A stretch of 58,249 nucleotides of DNA, the filler included, from Asterionella formosa (taxonomy: Eukaryota), in assembly GCA_002256025.1 (NCBI GenBank). It is 5 parts of 5 records of this genome, joined end to end, with 100 filler letters (N's around TTAATTAATTAA, not from the genome) between each part and the next. Parts side by side here need not be neighbours in the genome. Positions count along the whole stretch, not along the records: positions 1 to 11,596 come from NKIB01008334.1; positions 11,697 to 23,292 come from NKIB01008335.1; 3 more parts are not named here. The stretch is one strand, 5' to 3'. Numbering within the stretch: the first letter of the stretch is position 1; each line of letters starts with the position of its first letter. Below, piece after piece: positions 1 through 12,190 of this stretch. The notes beneath the pieces were generated by a model. That model had not been told where the DNA came from. It made no database searches and saw only the letters and a list, made by a program, of their open reading frames with translations. A program made the translations under genes and the position numbers.

Positions 1-584
1 CGACAATGATAGCTACCAGCCACAATGAAACGAAACCAAAATGCGCGCCACGCACGGTTGGCCAGTCAACCATCAACCTTGTGTTTACTTCGCAGGTACG
101 GAGTACGTGATGTATCAGGTATCATACCGGTCAATAGCAATTGTTCATTGTCACAATGGCAACAACGAATCGAAAGCTATATAGTCGTCTCAAACTACTT
201 ATAGTCTGTCATCGATTTTTTCTTGTGATGCGGTCTGGCTAGGTGCCACAAACTTCAAAACTGTGGTGAGCCACATCAAGCATAACCCTTGAGTTCGGAG
301 CGATAAGAGTATTTTGGTCGGAAGGGTCGTGAGAAGTTTGCTATGAAGGCAAAAATGGAGATAATAACGCCCCATTGCAACAATAGAACATTTGTTATTT
401 CCAGTTCTTTAGATGTGTGTGCTCCCTCCAAAGAAACAATGATTGCGGTTGTTTGAGATCCAACCAGTTTGAGCACCACTCTTTCATCCTTTATTCTACA
501 TTTCAATTTTTGGGGTTGAAAACACTTTGGATATCGTGGGACTTAATACAAGATTTGATGATTTTTATAATCTTCTCCATCGTT

Positions 585-893
585 CTAGCTTGTCATGGCC
601 AAGGTTACCATCGGAACTGGCGGCTCCGCATTTAATGTGCGACCTTCTTGTTTTTTCAAGCCTCGCACAGCTGCGAGTTCATAATCTTCCAAGCCAAATG
701 CCTGTTCCACTTCACCATACCAATGAGGGAACCATCGATACAGAGTTCGATGTGCAGTCTTCTCGACGTATAAAGCGCCAGTACAAGAGATAATGGTGCT
801 GCCAAGCGTGATGGTCGCGCCTGAAATAAAGGGTCGGATGATTGACGTCCAAATTTTATGTGACATGGATGTTCTGTACTTCTGATAGGACAA
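585..893 (-). CDS. Small hypothetical protein (102 aa, one hydrophobic segment)
   Basis: ATG-started ORF with protein-like composition; no recognisable domain. Confidence 0.3.
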   Translation of the reverse strand: MSYQKYRTSMSHKIWTSIIRPFISGATITLGSTIISCTGALYVEKTAHRTLYRWFPHWYGEVEQAFGLEDYELAAVRGLKKQEGRTLNAEPPVPMVTLAMTS

Positions 894-1998
894 GGGGAGG
901 ACAGGAGTGAGTGCATCAATAGAATGTGTGTGGAAGCAACAGTTAACGTAAGGATCGTTTTACGAAATATTGGAAGATGATGCCTAATGATCAAACCCTC
1001 TAACAAAGTGGCGAACGGCGCACGGCAACAAAATTATGACTGACTTATTTCTCAAGTTGGCGCTTCCATTACTATTGCTACTGAATCTTCAATACGTCTC
1101 ACTCTTACGACTTACGAGATGAATCGATTTGCCGATTAACAATATGAGGTGCATCAGTTCTTCTGGTGGTTTTTAAAGAACAGACACATGGCATCGGTGA
1201 TGCAAGTTCTTTTCTTCGTAGTAGCAATCAACGATGAGAACCCCAGACATCGGATCTGTTCCGCCATCCAACAGAGGATGTGATGTAGCTGTGAAAATGT
1301 GTACACATGTGCGTACAGTATCAGTTTTACTTCGCTCTCATATACTATACGTAGTGCCTACAGTGCATACTATCATTTTCTAATTTGTTTTACTCTGGTA
1401 TGGTGTATACAGTATATGGAAATGCATTTATATATTTCCATGTATATGTACATGTTACATCTGCAGCTGTATGGTAATTACTCCAGCAAGTCAGCCCAGC
1501 ATTAAGATGTGTACCGGTAGTACCAGCTACTCCGTTCATGGTACCTGGTACTCTTTGACATTATTGGTGGTCGTTACTGCTGGAGTACTTACTTGCACAG
1601 CACCTTGTTTGCTCACGAGCGTGCTGTTCTTCTTTTCACTGACTGCTTGCTGCTGCTCCAACTATCGTCAACGCGCACTCACTTCAATTTTGGACCACCT
1701 GGTAACAGGTTCCTGGTGCCAGGTAACTACATATAATAGAAAGCTGGAGTACCAGGTATGGTACCAGGTACAAGCCAATTTATATAAGCCTACATTCCCA
1801 CATTATTCGTACCTGAATTTCCATATATAGATATATGTATCGTTATTTAACAGATGACCAGCGCGCGCAGCGCCACCAATTTCCAAAACAAGGGCAACAT
1901 CCTCATCCTACTCAACCAGTACCATAGCTACCGTACAAATGCAGCAACTGTGAAAATATTCCATAGATTCGGTCCAACCCAACCCAACCCAACCCACC

Positions 1999-3429
1999 AT
2001 GTTTCACATCAGAGAAGACACAAGAAATCTGGTTGATTTAGTGAAGGAGGTGAGTCGAAGGAATATCGGTCTATAATTGGGGACATGCACAGTATTGTAG
2101 TGGTTACAGAACTAGCGAAAAAGTATTTCTTCTGATGATGGTCACTTACATTCACAGCGCAGGTTTGACGAAGCATGGCAACAAATCGATCAAGACCCAT
2201 CTTGTGTGTACGATACACATCATGGAAGTGGACGTACGGCACTCCATGAATTGTGCCGACTTACAACCTTTTCGACTGGTTTTGCCGTTGAGCATCCGGA
2301 GTATTCAGACGAGGAGAACGACGAGCGAAACGACCCAACATCAGAGATCAATCAGGACCAGTTCGATATGATCGATTTGGCTAGGCTCATTATCGAAACT
2401 TCGCACATACTTTTGCAGCAACCAGACACTTTGGCCCAGTACATCATTTATTCCTTCGAGCAATCAATCTTGATTTTCAAAGATATCAATGGGAATATAC
2501 CCTTGCACACACTATGTGAAAACTGGAATGTAAACTACGAAATGATGAATTTAATGTTCAGTTTATGTGACCCAAATCAGTCATCGAAGGACAAAAATAT
2601 TCCCACTGTTGGAGATCTTATTTCGCACAAGAACTACTTGCAGTGCACTCCGTTGCACCATATCTCGCAGTGTGTATGCTCCTTTTCTGCCTTGAAGCTC
2701 CTGTTGGCTCAATGTTCGACTGGAAAAGACTCTATTTTAAGAGTTCGTGATAATGACGGAGAGACACCGCTGCATTGGGCATTTAGCGCTGGCGTATCCA
2801 AACGGCGTCTTGAGCTATACTTGGCCAAATCAAAGGACCTTTTGTATGAAAAGAACAATGACAACGAAACACCTCTTTTTGCGATTGACATTGAGGACTT
2901 TCCTTCAGCTCGTGCCATGTGGCAAAGGGTTGTGCTCATTATGGGTGTCATCCTGGAACGTGAATATATTGCCGACCCGATGTTTGCTCTTGCTGAACTG
3001 AGCGATCTGATGCCACCGTCATTTATCAATCTGGGGCTTCGATTCTATCGGGAGGAATTGGGAGACGTTGATGACCATGGACGATCACCATTGCACGTGG
3101 CGGCAATGTGCCCATCAAGGGATTTGGGTGATGCCAATTTCTTGACACTCTTGGAACATTATCCTGAGGCAGCGAGACATCGATGTCGTAAACGTCGTTT
3201 GCCGATTCATGTGGCACTCGAAACGGCCAAGTCCTTGGATTGTGTTAAAGCCTTGCTGGCAGAGTATCCCGAAGGACTGTACGAAATAGATCCAGTTTCC
3301 CAGCTACCATGCTTCTTACTGGCTGGCGTGGTGTTGGAGGGATGCTTGCCCATGGTGGACAATCGTCTCAATTCTTGCTATACTATCCTGCGAGAAGATC
3401 CATCGGTCCTTCGCTCTAGTTGCTTATAG
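1999..3429 (+). CDS. Ankyrin-repeat protein, 2 exons (1999-2049, 2158-3429)
   Basis: Repeated ankyrin cores (GRTALHELC, GNIPLHTLC, CTPLHHI, GETPLHWA, GRSPLHVAA, RLPIHVAL). Intron 2050-2157 (GTGAGT...TTCACAG) joins ATG 1999 in frame to the long ORF. Confidence 0.8.
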
Positions 3430-3454
3430 ATTTTATTAAGGTATAAGTTACACA

Positions 3455-4249
3455 CTAAAAGGCCCGAATTTCCAAAATCTGCAAATCAATGTTACCTAGA
3501 GCAAAGTTCGGATTGAGATCTCCATCATACTCGAATTTGCTGTATGCCATTTGAACGCCCACAACATTTGCTTTGTCAAACACTTGACCTGGTACAGTTT
3601 TGGCAAAAATAGTGGGAATTTGCGAGTCAAACATGATCTTGACTACCGTTGTTTCAGGACCAGCGTTAAAGAGAGACAAAAGAGGATTTGCATTCTTTCC
3701 AATATCAGCACTTGTGGTCCAACAAATACCATTGAAATCAGTGCTGTCCCGAACCACAACCTTGAAGCGCTTTCCTTGACCGCCTTTGAACTTGAAGGTC
3801 AATCCTTTGCATTGCTCCATGTTGTATTTTAAAGCTGGTGTACTACGAATCCCAATAAATCCTCCATTGTTGGCATCAGTAACACTCCCCACCCATTTGC
3901 CACTGGCATTATCAAACTCGGAACTCGACACGCCACCCATGACAACATCATCGAGTGGGGCTAGAGTAAAGTCATTTTGACGATCCGAGGGCTCCCAAAT
4001 CACATCTCCGGGTAAAATTGTTTTGGTGGGTGTTGGGGTAAAAGGCAATTTGACGAACTTGCTGGACTGCTGAACAAATCGTCCAAGTTCCCATGGTTGT
4101 TTCGAGGACGTTGGGTCCTTTGGGTCGAATTGTGCTTCAATTTCAGGCACTGCTGGCCGTGAGTTCCAGCCAGACGATTTGCCCGCAAACGCATCGCTGC
4201 ATGTTAGTAGTGAGGAGAGAGAAAGTAAACTCAATAAGAGGGAGTTCAT
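3455..4249 (-). CDS. CIA30/NDUFAF1-like domain protein, probably plastid-targeted
   Basis: DDVVMGGVSSS...NNGGF motif and C-terminal SKFEYDG.LNP. N-terminal signal peptide ends in SDA|FA, resembling the ASAFAP cleavage site. Confidence 0.8.
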   Translation of the reverse strand: MNSLLLSLLSLSSLLTCSDAFAGKSSGWNSRPAVPEIEAQFDPKDPTSSKQPWELGRFVQQSSKFVKLPFTPTPTKTILPGDVIWEPSDRQNDFTLAPLDDVVMGGVSSSEFDNASGKWVGSVTDANNGGFIGIRSTPALKYNMEQCKGLTFKFKGGQGKRFKVVVRDSTDFNGICWTTSADIGKNANPLLSLFNAGPETTVVKIMFDSQIPTIFAKTVPGQVFDKANVVGVQMAYSKFEYDGDLNPNFALGNIDLQILEIRAF

Positions 4250-4374
4250 TCCTTGGCGTGTTTTGCTGGACGACGAGAGTTTTTAATGGCACTAAAGGAA
4301 AGATATATAATGTCGGGTTCTCATGTTCTCATTCCCATCGTGCGTACCTATGGTTGGAAAATATTTTCGAATCT

Positions 4375-4568
4375 AAAGGTTGCTGCATTTCAACCCTATG
4401 ATAGAGGTAGGGTTTAAAAACAATATTAAGTCAGAGTAGTCAAACATTGACTTCTTACGAGTAAAACACAAAGGTATATCGCTAAACGGAGCTTTCACTA
4501 ATATACACCCTTTCCATATGCTTAGATACAGTCATTGATCAAAGTAGGGGTATAGGTCAACTCTATAT
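4375..4568 (-). repeat. Dispersed repeat, inverted copy of ~44455-44650 (probable DNA transposon terminus)
   Basis: Blocks such as TTAAGTCAGAGTAGTCAAAC and CACCCTTTCCATATGCTTAGATAC occur as reverse complements at 44455-44650. Confidence 0.8.
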
Positions 4569-5862
4569 AACGTCAGGATACATTTGGTCAGAGAGAGGTT
4601 CCGGTTTTTAAAATCCAAGTGCCATAATACATTTTCAATTGGAGGCACCAATCAGCTTTGGAAGGAAGTTCAAGAGAGACTGGGCAATTTGATTTAAGGA
4701 AAACTGGAAATAGAAAAACGCGGATCTTGTGAGATTAATCAGACAGAAATCTAGGTTCTGGAACATGCAGTGGAAGCCACCCTTGCATCATCAGCTTTTT
4801 TAATCCTTTCAATGTTCTTGGCCATTGAAACTCAGGCTATAAATTCGATAGCAGCTTACATGACCATTTGGAAACAGTTCTAATAGTAGAATTGCTTTGT
4901 CATCACAGATGATTGTAGAGTAGATAACATTGTACTTAGCTACTCCATACTTCATCAAATCCTAATGATAGATTATTCCGCAAGACAAGCGCAGTATGTG
5001 CATATGCCCTTTTTGAATTAGTCAACACAAACCTGACCCAATGGTTTGTTTTCGGTTCTTGAATGATCAGTGGATCCTAATCGAATTTTCACACTTGTGT
5101 GAATTATTCTCATTCATTATGACAATACTTCTTCGAAAAAATCTCTACTCACACCACCCATAGACATTGATTCTTACATTATCTTTCAGCAAAAGCAACC
5201 CAAATTAATTTTTCCTTTGCTAATTGGCTATGGTAGATTTTAACCAACAACTCAGAACATAATGCTCGTCCTTGCTCATACAAGTCGATACAAATCATCA
5301 TATTTTTTCGATTTGAACTGGCAGCAGACTCAAACCGACTTTTGCTTTCCATTTGAATTATTATTCTACTATGTCATGATGATTGAATTACCTAGCAAAT
5401 CAAAACAGTGTATTTGAAAATTGGACTATGTGATGGAAATTCGAATCTTTTATTCAATGAAATCTCAGCATGCCCAAACCAAATTTGATTTCGATCTGAA
5501 TTGCTATTTTTCGTCATATTGTCATAGTACCTGGTACTCGGAGTACTACAGTATGCACCTACCGTATACCGTTTGGTCTGAACCGTCGAAAACCATGTGC
5601 GATTTCAAAAATGCATTTTATATATTACCGGTATTCAAACATCAAGTGAGTCATACAAATGGATTCTGGATTCTGGATTCTGTCTTTTGGTATACTGTTG
5701 TGTTGAATTCATCGCATGTACCTGGTACCAAGTTGTTTTCAGGGCAGTATACCGGTAGCTATGTACCGGCATGCCTATGTACGTCTGCCTTTGTCAACGT
5801 GTTCGTCCGGTAAAACTGAAATGCAACACATCATTTCGTTTTGCTGTGCGTTGGCTGTTCAT

Positions 5863-5903
5863 TACCAGTGATACCTGGTACCTGGTACCTGGTACCAGTA
5901 CCA
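5863..5903. repeat. TACCWGG/TACCAG micro-array
   Basis: taccagtgatacctggtacctggtacctggtaccagtacca. Confidence 0.85.
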
Positions 5904-6146
5904 GCTCGACATCATATATGTATGCGCTGGCTCGGTTGACTGCGAGGACGCCACATCAGAAAACTCACAAACAAACCTTTGTTACCCCCCCCTTCTTATG
6001 AATTCTCTCACATGATCAAATGATTTCACAGGTTCCTCGATGATACCATCCTGCCATTACAAATCATAAAAACTTGAGGTGACACTTTCGACTCAGTAAA
6101 GGGACACGTAGTAATTGTAGCTTCCTCAGCGAAACTAAGAGTCATC

Positions 6147-7337
6147 ATGAAACTAATCACGATCATCATAATTAGCATGCTTCTTTCCATCGCTTCTTTG
6201 GGGTCTACCAAAGCCTTGACGACACCACTCAACAAGAAATCTACTGCTCTTGATGTCTTGACGCAACTGAATCAATCCAACCGACTGGCCCCGTACGTTA
6301 CGCCCAATGGCGTGGCAGTAGTAACAGGCGGCAACAGTGGAATTGGTGCCGTCTGTGTGGAAACACTCGCCTTGACTGGGATGAAAGTAGTCTTATGTGC
6401 ACGCAACTTGGAGTCGGCCCAGAAGACAAAAGAAGGAATAGCAAAGCCTTTCCAGGAGTTAGTGGAGATTCAAGAATTGGACCTAGCGGACTTGAATTCG
6501 GTGAAACAGGCCTCTCAAGACATTTTGGACAAGTACGGACAAATTGATTTGCTATTGAACAATGCCGGCGTCATGGCTATTTCTACAAAGCAACTCACAA
6601 CTCAGGGTATTGAAATGCAGTTTGGTACCAATCACGTGGGTCATCATTTTCTAACTCGACTGCTAGTACCCAATATGAAACCAAATGGCAGGGTTGTGAC
6701 AGTGGCCTCCGTGGCGCATACGTTCGCTTCTGGTCCTACCATTGATTGGGAACCAAAAAAGTACTCTCCCTGGGGAGCCTANNNNNNNNNNNNNNNNNNN
6801 NNNNNNNNNNNNNNNNNNNNNNNNNNNNNNNNNNNNNNNNNNNNNNNNNNNNNNNNNNNNNNNNNNNNNNNNNNNNNNNNNNNNNNNNNNNNNNNNNNNN
6901 NNNNNNNNNNNNNNNNNNNNNNNNNNGGAGCCTACGGACAATCTAAATTGGCAAATATTTTGTTTGCCAAGCGACTTCAAGAACTAATGATAGAAAGTGG
7001 AAAAGCAGATTTGACATCTGTGTCATTGCATCCTGGTGTTATTGGAACATCCTTATGGCGCAACATGCCCTGGTTCGTCCAACCCTTCAAGGGACTCTTT
7101 GCTGACAAGACTATTGATCAAGGCGCGGCAACTAGTATGTTTTGTTGCCTTGCCGACAAGGTAACTCCAGGAGCATACTACTCGGATTGCCAAGTGAAAG
7201 AACCAAGTACAAACGCTCAAGATAAGATTCTTACTGCGAATCTCTGGGAGTATACCGAAAATTTGATTTTTCAAAAGGGTTTTGAAATGCCCAAAGCACT
7301 CATCACAGAAGGCTTATCGGCTGGAAAAAAATCATAA
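6147..7337 (+). CDS. Short-chain dehydrogenase/reductase (retinol dehydrogenase/WWOX-like) with N-terminal signal peptide
   Basis: TGGNSGIG, LDLADL, LLLNNAGVM, FGTNHVGHH, YGQSKLAN catalytic motif, LHPGVI. Contains an N-gap at 6782-6926. Confidence 0.9.
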   Translation: MKLITIIIISMLLSIASLGSTKALTTPLNKKSTALDVLTQLNQSNRLAPYVTPNGVAVVTGGNSGIGAVCVETLALTGMKVVLCARNLESAQKTKEGIAKPFQELVEIQELDLADLNSVKQASQDILDKYGQIDLLLNNAGVMAISTKQLTTQGIEMQFGTNHVGHHFLTRLLVPNMKPNGRVVTVASVAHTFASGPTIDWEPKKYSPWGAXXXXXXXXXXXXXXXXXXXXXXXXXXXXXXXXXXXXXXXXXXXXXXXXXGAYGQSKLANILFAKRLQELMIESGKADLTSVSLHPGVIGTSLWRNMPWFVQPFKGLFADKTIDQGAATSMFCCLADKVTPGAYYSDCQVKEPSTNAQDKILTANLWEYTENLIFQKGFEMPKALITEGLSAGKKS

Positions 7338-7415
7338 ATACATAGAACATTGCAGGACTAAACAGAATTTCTACTAAATCTTACAATGATTGGATTTTTT
7401 GTGTCCAAAGGTGAA

Positions 7416-8915
7416 TCATTCCTCTACCAGCAATGGTTCATCATCATAGTTAGAATCACCAATATAGCCAATGTCACCATTGTCAACTACTAAATCAACA
7501 TTTTCTAGCAACGATATCTCACTTTCCTGGCCAACACTGACATGCGAACCTCGCAGCTGTAGTCGCTTCCAATGAATTTCTTCGTGATCATATCCTACAA
7601 CTTCTGACACATTCCTGAATCCTTCTTGTCGCATCAAGAGTGCCAAATCGTGTCGCATCCTCGACACGACTCCAGGTCCTTCAAACGCCAACACACTGTA
7701 AACTTGTACCAAACTTGCACCAGCCTTGAGCTTCTCCATGATATCGCGGGCATTGGATATACCACCAACTCCAACAATGGGTATGCTCCCTTGAGTCGCT
7801 TTGTACAGAATACGAATGCATTCTGTCGCTTTCTCCTTGAGTGGCATACCAGAAAGACCACCTGGTTCTGACTTGTGCTCGGACTGTAGTGACTTTGGGC
7901 GGGCGCTGGTAGTATTACTGATAATCAAGCCGTCAATGCCACATCTCAATGCCGTCTGGGCAATGTCTATGAGCTCATGTTCTGTCAAATCCGGTGCCAA
8001 CTTGACTAACAAGGGAATTTTTTTATTTTCCAATTTATTTCGTTCAACAATTGCAGCTTCCAGCAATGTCGATAAAGAATCAGGCTTTTGCAAGTCACGC
8101 AAACCAGGTGTATTGGGCGAACTCACATTAATGACCAGGTAATCGGCATACATCCCCAAGGTCCGAATTCCAATTTCATAGTCTTGCACCTCGTTCTCTG
8201 AATCTTTATTCTTGCCCAAGTTCACCCCAACAATCAAAGGTGCGCGATAGCTAGGACCAGGGAACACGAGCTGCCAAAGCTTCAAGCTTGATTTGGCAAT
8301 AATGTCGAGATAGTGAAATGCCTGGTGCAGAGGCTGCGAGGATTCCTCGTCCGTAAGTTCCTTTTCTTCATGTCCCGCGGGTGCACTTTTCCCATTTCGA
8401 AACACTTTGAGATTCTCAGCCACTACATTCATGCCTTGACTGTTGAATCCATAGCGGTTAATGATTCCCCCATCATGCATCAATCGATACATACGGGGTT
8501 TTGGATTTCCAGGCTGCGGCAGAGGCGTAATGCTTCCGACTTCAACACTCCCAAATCCCATTTGTAGCAGCTGCAGAGGAACGTCTGCGTCCTTGTCAAA
8601 TCCAGCAGCAAGTCCAATAGGGTTGCTAAAGGTGATTCCCAGCACTGTTGTTTGTAAGTCTACCGATTGCTCCGTGGAGGATGGATGATACCGAGGGGCA
8701 AAATTGTATTTGGCAAATAAAATGGCGGCGGCATGGGCTTGCTCTGGGTCCAGGAACCGTCGCATCAATGGCGTCATGATTTCGTCGGCAATGTAGTGAT
8801 ACACGAGTGACGATCGTCCTTCCGAAGGCAATTTTGTCGTCACTTCGACGGCAGCCACAATCGCAGTGCCTGCCAGAGCAGTTCGAATCACGGAGCGTCT
8901 TAAGGAGCGCAGCAT
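7416..8915 (-). CDS. pyrD: Dihydroorotate dehydrogenase (quinone), class 2, mitochondrial
   Basis: NPIGLAAGFDK, QPGNPKPRMYRL, IINRYGFNS, NLGKNK, NVSSPNTPGLR, LVKLAPDL, GGLSG, GASLVQVYS. Arg-rich N-terminal presequence. Confidence 0.95.
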   Translation of the reverse strand: MLRSLRRSVIRTALAGTAIVAAVEVTTKLPSEGRSSLVYHYIADEIMTPLMRRFLDPEQAHAAAILFAKYNFAPRYHPSSTEQSVDLQTTVLGITFSNPIGLAAGFDKDADVPLQLLQMGFGSVEVGSITPLPQPGNPKPRMYRLMHDGGIINRYGFNSQGMNVVAENLKVFRNGKSAPAGHEEKELTDEESSQPLHQAFHYLDIIAKSSLKLWQLVFPGPSYRAPLIVGVNLGKNKDSENEVQDYEIGIRTLGMYADYLVINVSSPNTPGLRDLQKPDSLSTLLEAAIVERNKLENKKIPLLVKLAPDLTEHELIDIAQTALRCGIDGLIISNTTSARPKSLQSEHKSEPGGLSGMPLKEKATECIRILYKATQGSIPIVGVGGISNARDIMEKLKAGASLVQVYSVLAFEGPGVVSRMRHDLALLMRQEGFRNVSEVVGYDHEEIHWKRLQLRGSHVSVGQESEISLLENVDLVVDNGDIGYIGDSNYDDEPLLVEE

Positions 8916-9109
8916 TGATGGTAGACTGTACTAGCGGAATATGTAGCAGTGGATAGGGTTTTGGCTTTCTTGTGTTTTTGTTAAAGCAATGGCTAAAGAA
9001 ACTCAAGTTGTGACTTCGATTTGCAATGAAATCTTTTCTAGTCCTGTGATGCTGAATGTGTCCTCATCACAGCAAGATTTTCTGTTGACTCTGTTCGTAT
9101 ACTGGTGCA

Positions 9110-9188
9110 GTACCAGGTACCAGATACCAGGTACCTGGTAGTCTACCGGTACCTGGTACCTGGTACCCTGGTAGTTTATCTACCGGTA
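9110..9188. repeat. TACCWGG/TACCGG micro-array
   Basis: gtaccaggtaccagataccaggtacctggta...taccggtacctggtacctggtaccctggta...taccggta. Confidence 0.85.
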
Positions 9189-9547
9189 TGTGGCCTATGT
9201 CCTATGTAGTTAGTATGTAATAGCTAATAATAGCTATACATTTATCACGTTTGATAGCTATATGGCTAGTATACCAATATGTAGACCAGTTTTCTTTCCT
9301 TTTTACAAATGTAGCTCCGGTACCTGGTACTACACCATCACACATTTGCTTGTAAGTTTGTCATAATAGTTTTTTGCGGGTTTCGATCTATCGTAGGATA
9401 CTGGTATTGGATTTTTGCTATTATAGAATCCTGATTATACAACAGTATAGAATAAATAACCTAAAACGACACTGGATGAAGATCTCGCCAAAGCATGGAG
9501 AAATGGCAAAGTCCAAAATGATTGATCATTGCAGCCATTAGAGCAAA

Positions 9548-11081
9548 CTAACTACTGCATCCCCTCTGATTAGGCCCTTTGAAATCACGTTGATGAATCC
9601 ACGCATTTGCTCCATATTTGACTCCAGCCACTACTGGTAAGGCTTGATGAGTCGTTCGCTCATCCTTTTCATTTGGATCTTCATCCTTTACTGATGACCA
9701 CAATACTGCACGGCCCTTTTTGGGAGTGACTAATAGGAAGAAGGGCGGCGGAAAAATGTGAGAGCTAGTACATTGGGCGAATGTTGTTGATATGTAAACA
9801 TCAAATAACACACATACCAGTTAAATCCAAGACAGGAAACTGCGTTCCCCCACCGGCTTCAACGTCATTAAGGTATACATAAAACGTCAACAACCGGCCC
9901 CCAACCTGACGTGAAGATTGATGTTCGATATAATCGTGATGAGTTTTATAATACTGGCCAACGTCATATCGCAAAAGTTGCAAATACTCAGAGTTCTGCT
10001 CTGGAATACCAGTTACATTGCCAATTCGGTGCATGATATCCTTGGCTATTGGATCCTCATAGCAATCGTTCTGACACCATGCATTTTTCGACGTACGTCC
10101 ATCGTTTACATATGGCTCAAAAGTACCGTCGAAATTCTTTTTTCCGACATCTGCGGAACGCTCATACCCTGCCGTCGTTCCCAATTCAATTAAGCGATCA
10201 CTTTCTTCGTCGGTGGCAAAGGAGTCGAAGACAACCAACCATGGACCAAGCTTGTATGTTATGTTTGTTTCGTTATCACCTGCCGCAAGAGTAGGCCGAG
10301 ACAACACTTTTGGACTGTACTGTTGATACTCGGGGCGAGTTGTAATTTTTAGAAACATTTCATTCAATGAGCCCGGTGCCCATGCATTGGGAGCATCTGG
10401 ATCGATGGGGCAACGGGTCTCGATAGTCACCTGATCACAGCTTTCACAGACGGGAGCACAGTTTCGTTGCATGTACGAAGGATTGTTGGTACACTGCGGT
10501 TATTTAGTACAAGTGAGCAAAGAATAAATCAGCAAAGGAACAAATTGCACGAGAATTGGGATATAAGGATTTAAGATTCAAGTTGCTTCTCACCTCTCCT
10601 AACGTTGCCCAATATGCGCACGATTCATTCCTATTCTTGCACACTGGCAAAGCCTGGCGGAGAAAGTCATCGGAAGCTACCCTTTCCACATAAGCCTTAG
10701 CCTTCTCCATGACTTGATCGACTTCGGCTTGGTGCGAAGGGTGAAAGCTTTGTGGTAGACCTAAATCAATTTCACTGGGGTCACAAACTCCACAACTCAC
10801 AGGACAATTGACTTTCATCCATTCAACATTCATGTCACTGTAAATATAGGAAGTTGATTAGCTACTGGTGCTTTGTAAAAGTGTGATTTACGATGAGGTC
10901 GCTAAATGACAGTCGGCCAGATTTCTTCGTACCATTCTCCCAGAGATTGCCAGTAACCACATTGTTCGTCCTCATCGCGACAGCTACAATGAGTTCCATC
11001 CACTAAACAGGTTCGCTCATCAGCGTCTTGAGCAAGTGCAAGAGCAGCAGCGCCAAGGAAGATTACAGAAAAACGAAGCAT
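9548..11081 (-). CDS. Secreted/ER prolyl 4-hydroxylase alpha-like protein with two ShK domains, 4 exons (11081-10933, 10837-10594, 10493-9818, 9729-9548)
   Basis: Signal peptide. Two ShK motifs (C..W...GEC......M..NC..C..C) are restored across GT-AG introns. 2OG-Fe(II) motifs RTS, LQLLRY..GQYY..HHD, YLNDVEAGGGT.FP, HQALPV..G.KYGANAW. Confidence 0.9.
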
Positions 11082-11163
11082 TTTTGTGGTCAATGGATGT
11101 TTTTATGTGTGAAGTGTCATCATGGAACTAAAGCAAAGCAATCATGTGACGAAGTCCTTGTTG

Positions 11164-11218
11164 GTGCACAAACGCGAACCCAAACTTAACGTAACTGCCG
11201 AAGTTCGCGTTTGTGCAC
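11164..11218. repeat. Perfect 16-bp inverted repeat with 23-nt spacer
   Basis: GTGCACAAACGCGAAC (11164-11179) / GTTCGCGTTTGTGCAC (11203-11218). Confidence 0.9.
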
Positions 11219-11596
11219 TCGTGAGGAAATGGGCGTTTTCACAATAACGGCAACACATGATCGATAATAGGAGGAGGAACTTCTGACCTCTTTGCCATGA
11301 TACCGCTTTCAAATGTACACGATCATGTTACCAGGTAGCAGGCGAGAGACAATTTTGCAAAAAAGTCGTAGTACCAGGAACTATGTAGGTACCAGGTACC
11401 TGGTACCTCGGTGTTTGTGAGGGTACGATACATGGTATCATCTGGAATTTTTTTGAAGACATACCAGTACCTGCTGCTGCATGACCTGTGATACCAGTCT
11501 TCCATTGGGTAGCAGGTACCAGGTACCGGTAATTACCAGGTACCCTGGTACCCGTTATATCCCGCTACCTTTTTTTGTACTCCTATCTTACATTAC

Positions 11597-11696
11597 NNNN
11601 NNNNNNNNNNNNNNNNNNNNNNNNNNNNNNNNNNNNNNNNTTAATTAATTAANNNNNNNNNNNNNNNNNNNNNNNNNNNNNNNNNNNNNNNNNNNN
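11597..11696. other. Artificial contig-join linker
   Basis: N44-TTAATTAATTAA-N44, giving stops in all six frames. Confidence 0.97.
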
Positions 11697-12190
11697 AAGG
11701 AGGTAATTCCGAAGGTGACAAAGAAGAAGAATAGCGATTCTCCTCCAGCATCACCTTCACCAATCATGCAAAGTCACGTTCTAATGACACAGGCCAAACT
11801 ACCCTTTCTACCGAAAAACATGGATTTACTCAGAAAAACCCAGAAGAAACAGTCTCCTCTACTACGCACACACATTGGAACATCTCAGATCGATCAGGAA
11901 AATCATCCCATAGCAAAGACAGTGCCTTCTGCAGGCGAGCACACCGACGACAACAATCCAATTTCTCCAACCCAACCAATGGCACTCCGAGCTCTGCAAC
12001 CTGACCCCCAAAAGAAAAGGATCATAGCAGATACTCATACTACCGGCCACACAGAGAACAAAACAGTGCGTATTACTACACAATCAACAGATGAACAACA
12101 AGACTAGGACACAGATAGGAACCACATCACCTTCGAGAAAAACGACAACAAAAACAACATGATCAACTTTTGGACACAACTGACCACCAG

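Noticed and set aside
1299..1830. Short ORFs here and at 5421-6001 and 16095-16442
   Set aside because: Low-complexity intergenic sequence dominated by GGTACC-type motifs; no domain signal.
11641..11652. TTAATTAATTAA as a biological motif; ORFs ending in it
   Set aside because: Synthetic linker; the stops of ORFs 22703-23344 and 34988-36406 are artificial.
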